Source: a virus (taxonomy: Duplodnaviria > Caudoviricetes). From it: a stretch of 60,465 nucleotides of DNA. Below, piece after piece: positions 45,957-54,858 of this stretch (its first letter is position 1; every line of letters begins with the position of its first letter). The DNA lies in IMG/VR virus record IMGVR_UViG_3300028025_001549, positions 1 through 60,465 of that record; one strand, given 5' to 3'. The notes under the pieces are model-generated. The model saw only the letters and a program-made list of their open reading frames with translations. It had not been told where the DNA came from and ran no database searches. The position numbers and the translations under genes were made by a program.

Positions 45957-47153
45957 ATGAAATCATTTAGCACATACTTAAAAGAGTCTGCCGAAGAAGG
46001 TACTAAACTAAAGCACATCACCCATCCTGAAGATCGTCCACTGATGCATGGCCATGATGGCTTTGAACATGCTCATGGTGCTTTGTCTCATGCGCATGAG
46101 CATATGAAGTCTGGTAAAAATAATAGCAACCTTACTACAAAGTATGATGGTTCACCTGCTGTAGTTTTCGGTTCTCATCCAAAGACTGGTAAGTTCTTTG
46201 TTGCTTCTAAATCTGCTTTCAATAAAGATCCAAAGATTAATCATACTGATGCTGATATCGATAAGAACCACGGACATGCTCCAGGTCTTGCTGCCAAATT
46301 AAAAGCTGCGTTACACCACTTACCCAAAGTTACTCCAAAAGGTAAAGTCTATCAGGGCGACATTATGCACTCTGAAGGTGATGTTAAGCACGATAAGAAA
46401 ACTGGCAAAGCATCTTTTACTCCAAACACTATTACCTATACTGCTTCTGGCGATGAAGCCAAGAAAGCAGCAAAAGCAAAAGTAGGTGTTGCTGTTCATA
46501 CTCAATATCACGGTAAAGATATCCACTCGATGTCTGCTCATCACGAAGTTGATCACCACGAATTCAAACAGCATCCTGATGTTCACCACCACGATGCCAG
46601 CTACGATACTAGCAAAGCGTCGCACTCTCAAGCCAATCAAGATGAGTTCCATAAGCATATGGCTGCAGCAAAAGCAGTTCATGATACTCATGGCGACAAA
46701 ATGTATAACGCTGTTCACTCTGCCCATAGTGGTGAGCATGGTCATTTAGCCACTTACATTAACTCAACTGTTCGCAATAACACTACTCCAAACGTAAAAG
46801 ATTTCAAAGCCCATCTTGAAACACACCACGCTAAACAAGTTGCTGGTGTTAAGACTGAAAAGTCTCAAGACGCTAAACGTGCTAAAGGCAAAGAAGAAGT
46901 TGATCACGTAGAAAAGAATAAGGCTCATTACGAAAACGTATTGACTGCACATAACCATCTTGCTGCTGCAAAGAACTCTTTGGTTAAGTCGCTAGAAAGT
47001 GGTCATAGCAATTATGAACACCATATCGAAGGTAAAGAATCTAAGCCAGAAGGTTTCGTTGTTAACCATGAACACAATGGTAAAACTGAACCTTCTAAAC
47101 TTGTGAATCGTGCTGAGTTCGCAAGATCTAACTTGTTGAAGGTGCGTAAATGA
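45957..47153 (+). CDS. His-rich ligase-like nucleotidyltransferase-fold protein with capsid-targeting N-terminus
   Basis: MKSFSTYLKE; TKYDGSP, YQGDIM, PEGFVV, KLV; about 49 His in 398 aa (hand count). Confidence 0.7.
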   Translation: MKSFSTYLKESAEEGTKLKHITHPEDRPLMHGHDGFEHAHGALSHAHEHMKSGKNNSNLTTKYDGSPAVVFGSHPKTGKFFVASKSAFNKDPKINHTDADIDKNHGHAPGLAAKLKAALHHLPKVTPKGKVYQGDIMHSEGDVKHDKKTGKASFTPNTITYTASGDEAKKAAKAKVGVAVHTQYHGKDIHSMSAHHEVDHHEFKQHPDVHHHDASYDTSKASHSQANQDEFHKHMAAAKAVHDTHGDKMYNAVHSAHSGEHGHLATYINSTVRNNTTPNVKDFKAHLETHHAKQVAGVKTEKSQDAKRAKGKEEVDHVEKNKAHYENVLTAHNHLAAAKNSLVKSLESGHSNYEHHIEGKESKPEGFVVNHEHNGKTEPSKLVNRAEFARSNLLKVRK

Positions 47154-48196
47154 AATCCTTTAAATCTTTCTTAAACGAAGAAATCTATTTCGATGATGAT
47201 CTGACAGAAGCAGTCGATGACGCTTCCAAAGAAGGTGGTGTTTCAAATAACACTAAAGGTGTTCTACACGAGATTCTAACTGGCAAGCACCTTAATGGTG
47301 GCAAGCATATGGAGAAACATGTTAATGAACACAATGAAACTCCTGAGCAAACTCATAAACGATTAAAGGATTCAATTCACCCAGCTGACTATAAGCGCAT
47401 TGATGCCAATGCTAAGTCTGCTGCTAATCACATTAAGAAACATATTGAGTCTACTCATCCAGGTCACGCTATTCATGCTGTTACTCATACTTCCAAACCT
47501 GGAGATACAGAAAAGGTAACTGGTCACAAAGCAACTCAGAAAGAAGATTCTTCTGATGTTTATGTTTCTACTAAGCATCCTAAGACTGGTAAAGTAACTC
47601 ACCATGGTGTAAGTTTAAAAGTTAGCGATAACTCTAGCAAGAATATTCCTTCATCAAGTCTTGGTATGGAATCTGGTGGCTCAAAAGCCAGAGAACATTA
47701 CAAAGCACATCAAGAAGGAATTCTAAAAGCACATCCACAATTAAAAGGTAAGAATAAAGAACAGCGTAAAGAAGCTGCAAAAGCAGATCCTAAGATGCAC
47801 GCTGATGTTAAAGAACGCAACAAAGTGCTATTGCACAAAGTTGCACACAGTCATGCTGCTGAATTACAGCATCACTTAGATACTGGCAATCATGAGCACG
47901 TAGTTAAGCATATTCGTGAGGTTCTACATGCTCATAAAACACCTGCTCAAGAAAGGGGTCATACCTTTATCAAGCATACCACTTACAAAACTGCCAAAGG
48001 TGTTCAACACCACGCTAGTAGCCCAAGTGAAGACCATGAACATATTTTAAAAGATCATAAGAATCTTTCAGTTAAATCTAGTGGTGGTTCTGTTCACTTC
48101 TATCATAATGGTAAGAAGTTTGCGTCTCAAGCCCATAAGTTTGATTCACAAAGCGATCCACTAAGTTCATTAAAATCCGCAGGTAAGGCAGTCTAA
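47150..48196 (+). CDS. His-rich PD-(D/E)xK-like protein with capsid-targeting N-terminus
   Basis: MKSFKSFLNE; SSDVYV..GVSLK; about 41 His in 348 aa (hand count); paralog of 43593. Confidence 0.65.
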   Translation: MKSFKSFLNEEIYFDDDLTEAVDDASKEGGVSNNTKGVLHEILTGKHLNGGKHMEKHVNEHNETPEQTHKRLKDSIHPADYKRIDANAKSAANHIKKHIESTHPGHAIHAVTHTSKPGDTEKVTGHKATQKEDSSDVYVSTKHPKTGKVTHHGVSLKVSDNSSKNIPSSSLGMESGGSKAREHYKAHQEGILKAHPQLKGKNKEQRKEAAKADPKMHADVKERNKVLLHKVAHSHAAELQHHLDTGNHEHVVKHIREVLHAHKTPAQERGHTFIKHTTYKTAKGVQHHASSPSEDHEHILKDHKNLSVKSSGGSVHFYHNGKKFASQAHKFDSQSDPLSSLKSAGKAV

Positions 48197-48197
48197 T

Positions 48198-48434
48198 ATG
48201 CTATCATTCAAAGAATACCTAGATGAAGCCATCGTTCATAATGGTATTCACGCAGAGATAAAAAAAGATAGAATTGATTTCCATTATGGTGGTAAATTAG
48301 TTCACAGCCGTAAGGGTGATTATTCAAACCCAACTAAAACCGACCATAACACTGCTAAGAGTATTGCAACTAGAGTTCATTTATCTGTTAAGAATAAACC
48401 AGGTGGGTATACTTTAAACTATGGGAAGATATAA
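48198..48434 (+). CDS. small putative internal head protein
   Basis: MLSFKEYLDE N-terminus, His/Lys-rich. Confidence 0.65.
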   Translation: MLSFKEYLDEAIVHNGIHAEIKKDRIDFHYGGKLVHSRKGDYSNPTKTDHNTAKSIATRVHLSVKNKPGGYTLNYGKI

Positions 48435-48456
48435 TGCTATCATTCAAAGAATACCT
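48198..48456 (+). repeat. 23 bp direct repeat ATGCTATCATTCAAAGAATACCT at two adjacent gene starts
   Basis: Identical at 48198-48220 and 48434-48456. Confidence 0.9.
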
Positions 48457-48721
48457 TGTAGAATATGCAATTGATGCCAAGGGGCATAAGAGTTCCGAAG
48501 GTGGATTGACACAAAAAGGTGTTGATGCATATAATCGTAAGACTGGCGGAAACTTAAAGATGGCTGTTACTACACCACCATCTAAGTTAAAGAAAGGTAG
48601 TAAAGCTGCCAATCGTAGAAAATCTTTTTGTGCACGTATGAGTGGCGTTGATGGTCCAATGAAGAAACCAAATGGTGAACCAACTCGTAAAGCACTGGCA
48701 TTAAGAAAATGGAATTGCTAA
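48434..48721 (+). CDS. small basic putative internal head protein
   Basis: MLSFKEYLVE; GGLTQKG, RRKSFCARM, ALRKWNC. Confidence 0.7.
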   Translation: MLSFKEYLVEYAIDAKGHKSSEGGLTQKGVDAYNRKTGGNLKMAVTTPPSKLKKGSKAANRRKSFCARMSGVDGPMKKPNGEPTRKALALRKWNC

Positions 48722-48722
48722 T

Positions 48723-51422
48723 ATGTTAACATATAACGAATTAAAAGAAAAGTGTAACTGCTGGAAAGGTTACAAACGTGTTCCAGGCACTAAACCATGC
48801 GCAGAGGATAGTTGTATGAAAGAAGAATTAGAAAAACACCACGTGTTAGCATTTGGTCGTATGAACCCAATCACTTCTGGCCACGAAGCAGTAGTTAATA
48901 AACTACATTCAGTTGCTAAGGAACATGGCGCAAGTCACAGTCTTGTAGTTTCTCATAGCCAAGATGCTAAGAAAAACCCATTGACTGGTGAACAGAAAGT
49001 TGCTCACGCTAAGAATGCATTCCCTGGGACTAATGTAAGTTCTGCAAGCAAAGATAAGCCAACTATCCTACACCATGCCGCAGCTGCTCATGCTGCTGGC
49101 GCAACTCACTTACACGTAGTTGCTGGATCTGATCGCCATGAAGAGATGCATAATCTTCTTCATAAGTATAATGGTAAAGACTCTGGTCATGGCCATTATA
49201 ACTTTAAAAAGATTACTGTTCATTCTTCTGGTGAACGTGATCCAGACGCTGAGGGTACTACTGGTATCTCTGCAAGTAAAATGCGTGAGCATGCTGCTTC
49301 TGGTAACAAAGCAGAGTTTCATAAAGGTGCTCCATCAAATATGAAGCCAGAACATAAGGACGCCATGTATAACGATGTGCGTAAAGGTATGAATATAAAA
49401 GAAGAAACTGTTCAAGAAGAACTACGTCCAGATATGGGCGCAGGTGCTTATGTCAATGATTTTATTAAATCTACTAATCCAAGATTTAATAACAAATCTA
49501 AAGAAGAACGTCGCAAGATGGCTATTGGTGCATTCATGGCTGCTAAATCTAGACTAAAAGAAGGTCGTGGATTAGCGGACAAATATTGGAGCATGGCTCA
49601 GGATCGTAAAGAAACTGCCGATGAGAATAAAGATAATCATGAAATATATCATACCCATATGGCTGATCATCATGACCATATGAGTCGTTACCATGAAGAA
49701 CTTGGTCAGCATACTCATGCTCAATCTCATGCAGATAAGGCAGAAATTCATCACGAGAAATCAATGCAAAGACCAAACCGTAAATCCACTGTTAAAGAAG
49801 GTACTCTTCAAGGTAACATCGGTGGTGGTGATGCCATGAACACTACAACTTCTGCTCCATCTGCATCAACCGCAAAGGATACTACTATGGGTAAAAAGAT
49901 TAAAGGATTTAAATTCTTTAATGGCGAGAATGATAAACAAATGAATATGAATCAGCCAGTTAAAGAAGCAACCGAATTAGATTCTCCTTCTAAACATGCT
50001 GAACATATTGTCGCAGCTGATACCGATGATGAAGCAAAGAAACGAATCGCAAAAGTTCCAACTAAGCACCTTCAATCAGCACATCATTGGAATCTTGGTT
50101 ATTCTGGTGGAGAACACAAATATACTACGCATGTTAAATCTGAGTTGCAAAAGCGTGGTGCAATGTTATCTGCTTCTGAATCTTCAAAACGATTTGACGA
50201 AGAAGTAAAGAAAGAAGACCCTCCATTTGATGGACCATACAAATCTACTTTCAAGAAACCAAATAATCCAAATCGTACTGGAATGGATGCTGCTCGTTCA
50301 TTGGCTCAGCGTTCAATGGATCAACTCAATAAAAAGAAACCAGTTAATGAAGAAACTCTTGATGAGCGTAACAAAGCAAATGCTCTTATGCGTAAAACTA
50401 TGGACGCATCCCGTGGCGCCAAGTTTAAGTTAAAGAATCCAGTACCTGACGCTGATCCAAAACACAAAACTGCCAGAGACCACAACGTAGCAATTGGACG
50501 TGCTTTACGTAACGAAGCCACTACTGGTAATCCAGGATTTGGATATCATGGTCAACATAAGACTGAAAATGATGCCGATGAAGCATATAAAAAGATTCAC
50601 GCTCATGTTAAAAGTTTGACTGATAGTGATGACAAAACTGTCAAGCACTATCTTGATTCTGCTCATGGTCGCCATCTAGTTGGCCATGAAAATGATCATG
50701 ATCATATTAAGAAAGACTTCAAGAAATTCTCGAAGTACTACAAACCAGAAATGCACGAAGCCACTGCGCAGAAAGGTGTTAACGTAGATAAAGTTAATAC
50801 TGCTGGACAAGAGCCTCATGACGAGAAATTTGAAACAGCACCTAAGACAGTATCCAAAATTAAAAAAGTAAAAGAGGAAAATATGAAATCATATAAAGAG
50901 TTTTTACAAGGATTAGATGAAAAACTAATTGGTAAACAACACAAGATCGACAAGAATAAGAATGGTGAGGTTGATGGGCATGACTTTGAACTTCTTCGTA
51001 AAGAAGAAGTTGAATTAGATGAGTCTACTTACGCATCTGCTGATCAGGCAAAAAATGTTGTTGCGGCATTAAAGCAAAAACATAATGATGGTAATTATTC
51101 TGTTAAACAAACTAAGAATGGACACAAAGTAGTTCATGCTTATGATAGCGACGCTAAAGTTAAATCTGCTTGTAAATCAGTGAATGAAGAAGCTGATCAC
51201 TTACTTGAATATGAGTCTGATGAAAGCGGTGTATATCGTCACACTAAGAAAGCTACTTACGGAACTTCTTACCAAGACCCAGAAGGTGCTGATGAGACTG
51301 CAGCTGATATGAAGAAAAAAGAAAAGAAAGCAGCTGGTCGTAAAACTGGTCAAAGTACTGGTTCTTACAAGCCACGTGCAACTATGTCCAAGCTGAAATC
51401 AGCTGGCGCAACTTATAAATAA
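48723..51422 (+). CDS. His-rich modular protein: cytidyltransferase/NMNAT-like domain plus many short modules (probable processed internal head protein)
   Basis: FGRMNPITSGHE, VAGSDR, ISASKMR; repeated (L/V/I/M)xE junctions; EF-hand-like DKNKNGEVDGHDF. Confidence 0.72.
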   Translation: MLTYNELKEKCNCWKGYKRVPGTKPCAEDSCMKEELEKHHVLAFGRMNPITSGHEAVVNKLHSVAKEHGASHSLVVSHSQDAKKNPLTGEQKVAHAKNAFPGTNVSSASKDKPTILHHAAAAHAAGATHLHVVAGSDRHEEMHNLLHKYNGKDSGHGHYNFKKITVHSSGERDPDAEGTTGISASKMREHAASGNKAEFHKGAPSNMKPEHKDAMYNDVRKGMNIKEETVQEELRPDMGAGAYVNDFIKSTNPRFNNKSKEERRKMAIGAFMAAKSRLKEGRGLADKYWSMAQDRKETADENKDNHEIYHTHMADHHDHMSRYHEELGQHTHAQSHADKAEIHHEKSMQRPNRKSTVKEGTLQGNIGGGDAMNTTTSAPSASTAKDTTMGKKIKGFKFFNGENDKQMNMNQPVKEATELDSPSKHAEHIVAADTDDEAKKRIAKVPTKHLQSAHHWNLGYSGGEHKYTTHVKSELQKRGAMLSASESSKRFDEEVKKEDPPFDGPYKSTFKKPNNPNRTGMDAARSLAQRSMDQLNKKKPVNEETLDERNKANALMRKTMDASRGAKFKLKNPVPDADPKHKTARDHNVAIGRALRNEATTGNPGFGYHGQHKTENDADEAYKKIHAHVKSLTDSDDKTVKHYLDSAHGRHLVGHENDHDHIKKDFKKFSKYYKPEMHEATAQKGVNVDKVNTAGQEPHDEKFETAPKTVSKIKKVKEENMKSYKEFLQGLDEKLIGKQHKIDKNKNGEVDGHDFELLRKEEVELDESTYASADQAKNVVAALKQKHNDGNYSVKQTKNGHKVVHAYDSDAKVKSACKSVNEEADHLLEYESDESGVYRHTKKATYGTSYQDPEGADETAADMKKKEKKAAGRKTGQSTGSYKPRATMSKLKSAGATYK

Positions 51423-51449
51423 AACAAGTCCAATTCAAGGAGAATTAAA

Positions 51450-52217
51450 ATGGCACTATGGTCAAATACAGATGGCGATGCAGGTAAACCAAAATACCTA
51501 TCAGACGCTGACAAAGCAATTACATTCGGTATGGATGCTACCGAAATCACAGCAGGTGGCGATAACGTAACTTCAGTTGGTGTTGCCAATGCAGGTGCTC
51601 GTTACTTAGAAGTACCAGCAGTCACCTTCTCTGGTGGCGCAGGATCTTCTGCTGCAGCTACTGCTACTATCGCTGGTGGCGTAGTTACAGCTGTTACTGT
51701 TACTAATACTGGTACTGGTTATACTTCAGTACCAACTGTTGCTATCGCAATCCCAAGACGCACTATTCCTACTACTGGTATTACTATTGCTACTGACACT
51801 ATCGCTTATACAGCGCATGGTCTAAGTGCTGGTGATGCTGTTAAGTACTTCCATGGCGGTGGCACTGCTGCAACTGGTTTAACAAATAACACAACATATT
51901 ATGTTATTGCTTCTGGTCTAACAGCCGATGCATTTAAAGTTTCTGCTACTGATGGTGGTACAACTGTTGACATTAGTGGTACTGGTAACAATGCTCAATA
52001 CTTTGAACTTGCTACTGCTGTAGCAACTATCCAAGCAACTGCTGTAGCTGATCAAGGTTATGGTGCTGGTAGTGGTATTGCTGCTACTCACGCTGGCTGG
52101 GTTCGTCGCACTGTTGGTACTGGCGGTCGTGCTGGTCGTGTGTTTACTGAGACATTAGTTGCCATGGGTTCTATGTCTTCTGATGCTTCTGACGATACAG
52201 TTCTGCCTGACGCTTAA
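51450..52217 (+). CDS. Gly/Thr/Ala-rich virion structural protein (fibre or decoration-like)
   Basis: MALW start, GxGYTSVPTV repeats, HGL..GDAV, HAGWV, ETLVAM. Confidence 0.7.
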   Translation: MALWSNTDGDAGKPKYLSDADKAITFGMDATEITAGGDNVTSVGVANAGARYLEVPAVTFSGGAGSSAAATATIAGGVVTAVTVTNTGTGYTSVPTVAIAIPRRTIPTTGITIATDTIAYTAHGLSAGDAVKYFHGGGTAATGLTNNTTYYVIASGLTADAFKVSATDGGTTVDISGTGNNAQYFELATAVATIQATAVADQGYGAGSGIAATHAGWVRRTVGTGGRAGRVFTETLVAMGSMSSDASDDTVLPDA

Positions 52218-52233
52218 TAAGTAGTTATGTATG

Positions 52234-52260
52234 ATGGGGGAATTGTTCCCCCATTCCTTT
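52234..52260 (+). terminator. hairpin, probable terminator
   Basis: ATGGGGGAA-TTG-TTCCCCCAT then TCCTTT. Confidence 0.55.
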
Positions 52261-52277
52261 GAGAGATATAATGTGGT

Positions 52278-52655
52278 ATGAATGAAAAGTTAAGTGAAGC
52301 GAATTTTCTAATCTACGCAATGCATCACTATGATAATACGCAGTGTTATAGTTTAGCAGAATTCGAAGACGATTTAAAAAAGTTTTTATATCTTAAGAAA
52401 TTAATCTCTAGGTATAAAAACAATGGCGATTTAAAAGAAAGACTAATACTCAATCATATAATCGTTCTTTATAATTTGTTTGGTGAAGCAACCACCAAAA
52501 TGCTTTTTTATAAAGTAGATGAAGAATGTTGGGATATCCTAGTTACATTTCTAGTATATCTAAACTTAATGCCAGAACATATAGTTGACTATGGTATTAC
52601 TTTATCAGAAGTTGTATTAGATGAGAGAGTTATCTCCACACTAAGGAAAATTTAA
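52278..52655 (+). CDS. conserved T4-like hypothetical protein
   Basis: NFLIYAMHHYDN, EFEDDLKKF, LKERLILNH. Confidence 0.75.
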   Translation: MNEKLSEANFLIYAMHHYDNTQCYSLAEFEDDLKKFLYLKKLISRYKNNGDLKERLILNHIIVLYNLFGEATTKMLFYKVDEECWDILVTFLVYLNLMPEHIVDYGITLSEVVLDERVISTLRKI

Positions 52656-53179
52656 TGAGCCGTATTATAGACAACGTGGTAGCATATAAAGTGCTCCGAA
52701 TGTTAATTACTAACTTCACTGATACTGAAGCATTCAAACTTGGTATCATTGATGCGAAAGGTAACACGCTAAGAAAGTCTAATCAATTCAGCACTGAAGC
52801 GGAACGTAATGCATTCACGTATTTGAATCGTCTAGTATTTAACATGAAGAAACTAATCAACAAGATTGGTGGTGAGAATAAATTAAAAAGTATGGCTGCT
52901 GCAATTTGGTTGATTCGTGAGAACTATCAAAGTGGTTCAAGAACTACTTCTGGATTAGAAGCAAAATATAAAAAACTAATGGAAACTAATATCCATTTGG
53001 TTGAAGAAGAAATTCTAGTTGGCAGATTCCTTAAAGAAGAAGGTGAAGGTGGTGCACCGACCAATAATACTTCTGGTCCAGTGTCAACACAAGAGCCAAA
53101 GATCTATCCAAATAGCAAGAAGAAACCTATTATGGGTATGGCTAGACGCAAGCCAGTGGCAGTTAAAGAGATCGTCTAA
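52655..53179 (+). CDS. conserved T4-like hypothetical protein
   Basis: AFKLGIIDAKGN, RLVFNMKKLI. Confidence 0.7.
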   Translation: MSRIIDNVVAYKVLRMLITNFTDTEAFKLGIIDAKGNTLRKSNQFSTEAERNAFTYLNRLVFNMKKLINKIGGENKLKSMAAAIWLIRENYQSGSRTTSGLEAKYKKLMETNIHLVEEEILVGRFLKEEGEGGAPTNNTSGPVSTQEPKIYPNSKKKPIMGMARRKPVAVKEIV

Positions 53180-53622
53180 TGTGGATGATGAGTTTCATTC
53201 CTGATGCTTGGTTGCATCTTGCAGTAATTTATGTATTATTCGCAGGGGTGGGATTATATGCATTAAGTTTTTTCACTAGATTTATACCACCACTAATTCC
53301 GTATTCTGGGATTACTAGAATTGTGGCAACGGTATTGATAGTGTGTGGCATTTATTTTTATGGCAGTTACTCTACTGAGATGTCATGGAGAAATAAAGTA
53401 GCGCAACTTGAAGAACAAGTTAAAATTAGTGAAGCAAAATCTAAAACAGCCAATGTTGAAATACAAACTGTTTATAGAGATAAGGTTAAGATAGTAAAAG
53501 AAACGCAAGTAGTAATACAAGAACGAATTAAAGAAGTCGAGAAGCGCATTGATTCACAATGCACTATTGACACTGAAGTTATTAATATCCTCAATGAAGC
53601 TGCAAAGAGGAAAGCCAAATGA
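53179..53622 (+). CDS. inner-membrane spanin (Rz-like)
   Basis: N-terminal TM helices plus coiled coil with late Cys; overlaps a lipoprotein gene. Confidence 0.65.
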   Translation: MWMMSFIPDAWLHLAVIYVLFAGVGLYALSFFTRFIPPLIPYSGITRIVATVLIVCGIYFYGSYSTEMSWRNKVAQLEEQVKISEAKSKTANVEIQTVYRDKVKIVKETQVVIQERIKEVEKRIDSQCTIDTEVINILNEAAKRKAK

Positions 53623-53879
53623 AACTATTATTAATCGTTCCTGTATTATTATTGACTGGGTGTTTAGCGACACCAGTAAAAAGAAGTTTTCCTGATGTTC
53701 CTGTGGAACTAAAGGTTACTTGTCCTGATTTGACTACTCATGAACCAACAACTAAACTAAGCGAAGTTATATCTACTGTTACAAAAAATTACGGGCAATA
53801 CCAAGAATGTCAAATTAAAAATGAAACTTGGATTGAATGGTATAACACCCAAAAACAAATATTCGAGAGTGTAAAATAA
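53619..53879 (+). CDS. outer-membrane spanin lipoprotein (Rz1-like)
   Basis: Lipobox LLTGC, Pro-rich segment, further Cys residues. Confidence 0.7.
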   Translation: MKLLLIVPVLLLTGCLATPVKRSFPDVPVELKVTCPDLTTHEPTTKLSEVISTVTKNYGQYQECQIKNETWIEWYNTQKQIFESVK

Positions 53880-53880
53880 C

Positions 53881-54234
53881 ATGGACTTAGAGAGATTAGC
53901 AAAAATGGAAGCACAGGTTGAAACCATTAAAGAGGATGTTAAAGATTTGAAATCAGACATCAAGGAAATTCACTCTCGTGTCACCACATCCAATAGAGAG
54001 ATTGTTGACAAGATTGATGACATGCAAACTCGTCTTGAACACAAGATGAATGCAAATGCTCAAATTTCACAAAATCAACACGAAGAAATTCGTAAAGATG
54101 TTGTTGAAGATTTAGCAAAAATGAATGACCGTGTCTCTGCGCTTGAACAATGGAAATGGTATGTTATCGGTGGCGCAGCAGTTGCAGGATATATGCTTGC
54201 TCATCTAGACTTCTTTGTTAAATTAGTAAAATAA
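53881..54234 (+). CDS. coiled-coil protein with C-terminal TM helix (possible holin)
   Basis: Heptad repeat then WKWYVIGGAAVAGYML; next to the spanins. Confidence 0.55.
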   Translation: MDLERLAKMEAQVETIKEDVKDLKSDIKEIHSRVTTSNREIVDKIDDMQTRLEHKMNANAQISQNQHEEIRKDVVEDLAKMNDRVSALEQWKWYVIGGAAVAGYMLAHLDFFVKLVK

Positions 54235-54249
54235 TAAAAGGTAATCTAT

Positions 54250-54819
54250 ATGGCATCTACATTCAAATTACTAGCAGATAAAATGGGTGGCAGAGATGCT
54301 GCTGCTTATATCGGTACTAGTGGAGAAATCTTCTATGACCCAAGTGGCGCAACTCCACTCCGTATATCTGATGGTACAACTCCAGGTGGTATCCCATTCG
54401 GTGGTGGTACTGCATTTCAATCATTCACTCCACAATTTAAAACTGTTACTGGCAATACTCTTGCTGGAACTGTTACTACTGGCACTTATGTTCTTCAGGG
54501 ATTAATTTGTCACTTTAGAGTTAATGTTAGTTTTGCTGCAACATCAGACTTTGGTTCTGCCAATCAGTATCAAATCACATTACCATTCCCAACTGCTCAC
54601 ACTGTGACTATTCGTGGTGGAACTTTACATGCTCCTACCCCTAATGATGCAATTTATCATATTGCAGGAATTACAGATATTGCTGATTCTACAACTATAA
54701 TGAAATTATATTATTCTGGAAGCGCAACAGATTTGGCTTGGAAATCTTCCACTCCAGTTTCTGCAACAAATACTGCTAGCCACTTTGACATTTCTGGTGC
54801 ATATCAGATAGCAATATAA
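54250..54819 (+). CDS. hypothetical, probably virion-associated protein
   Basis: GEIFYD..LRISDGTTPGG motif followed by a beta-rich domain. Confidence 0.6.
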   Translation: MASTFKLLADKMGGRDAAAYIGTSGEIFYDPSGATPLRISDGTTPGGIPFGGGTAFQSFTPQFKTVTGNTLAGTVTTGTYVLQGLICHFRVNVSFAATSDFGSANQYQITLPFPTAHTVTIRGGTLHAPTPNDAIYHIAGITDIADSTTIMKLYYSGSATDLAWKSSTPVSATNTASHFDISGAYQIAI

Positions 54820-54821
54820 AT

Positions 54822-54850
54822 TTGCTTTGCAAGAGCATATGGGGTATAAT
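54822..54850 (+). promoter_or_regulatory. sigma70-type promoter for the primase (leaderless or short leader)
   Basis: TTGCTT-N17-TATAAT, 8 nt before the ATG. Confidence 0.6.
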
Positions 54851-54858
54851 TACTCTAT

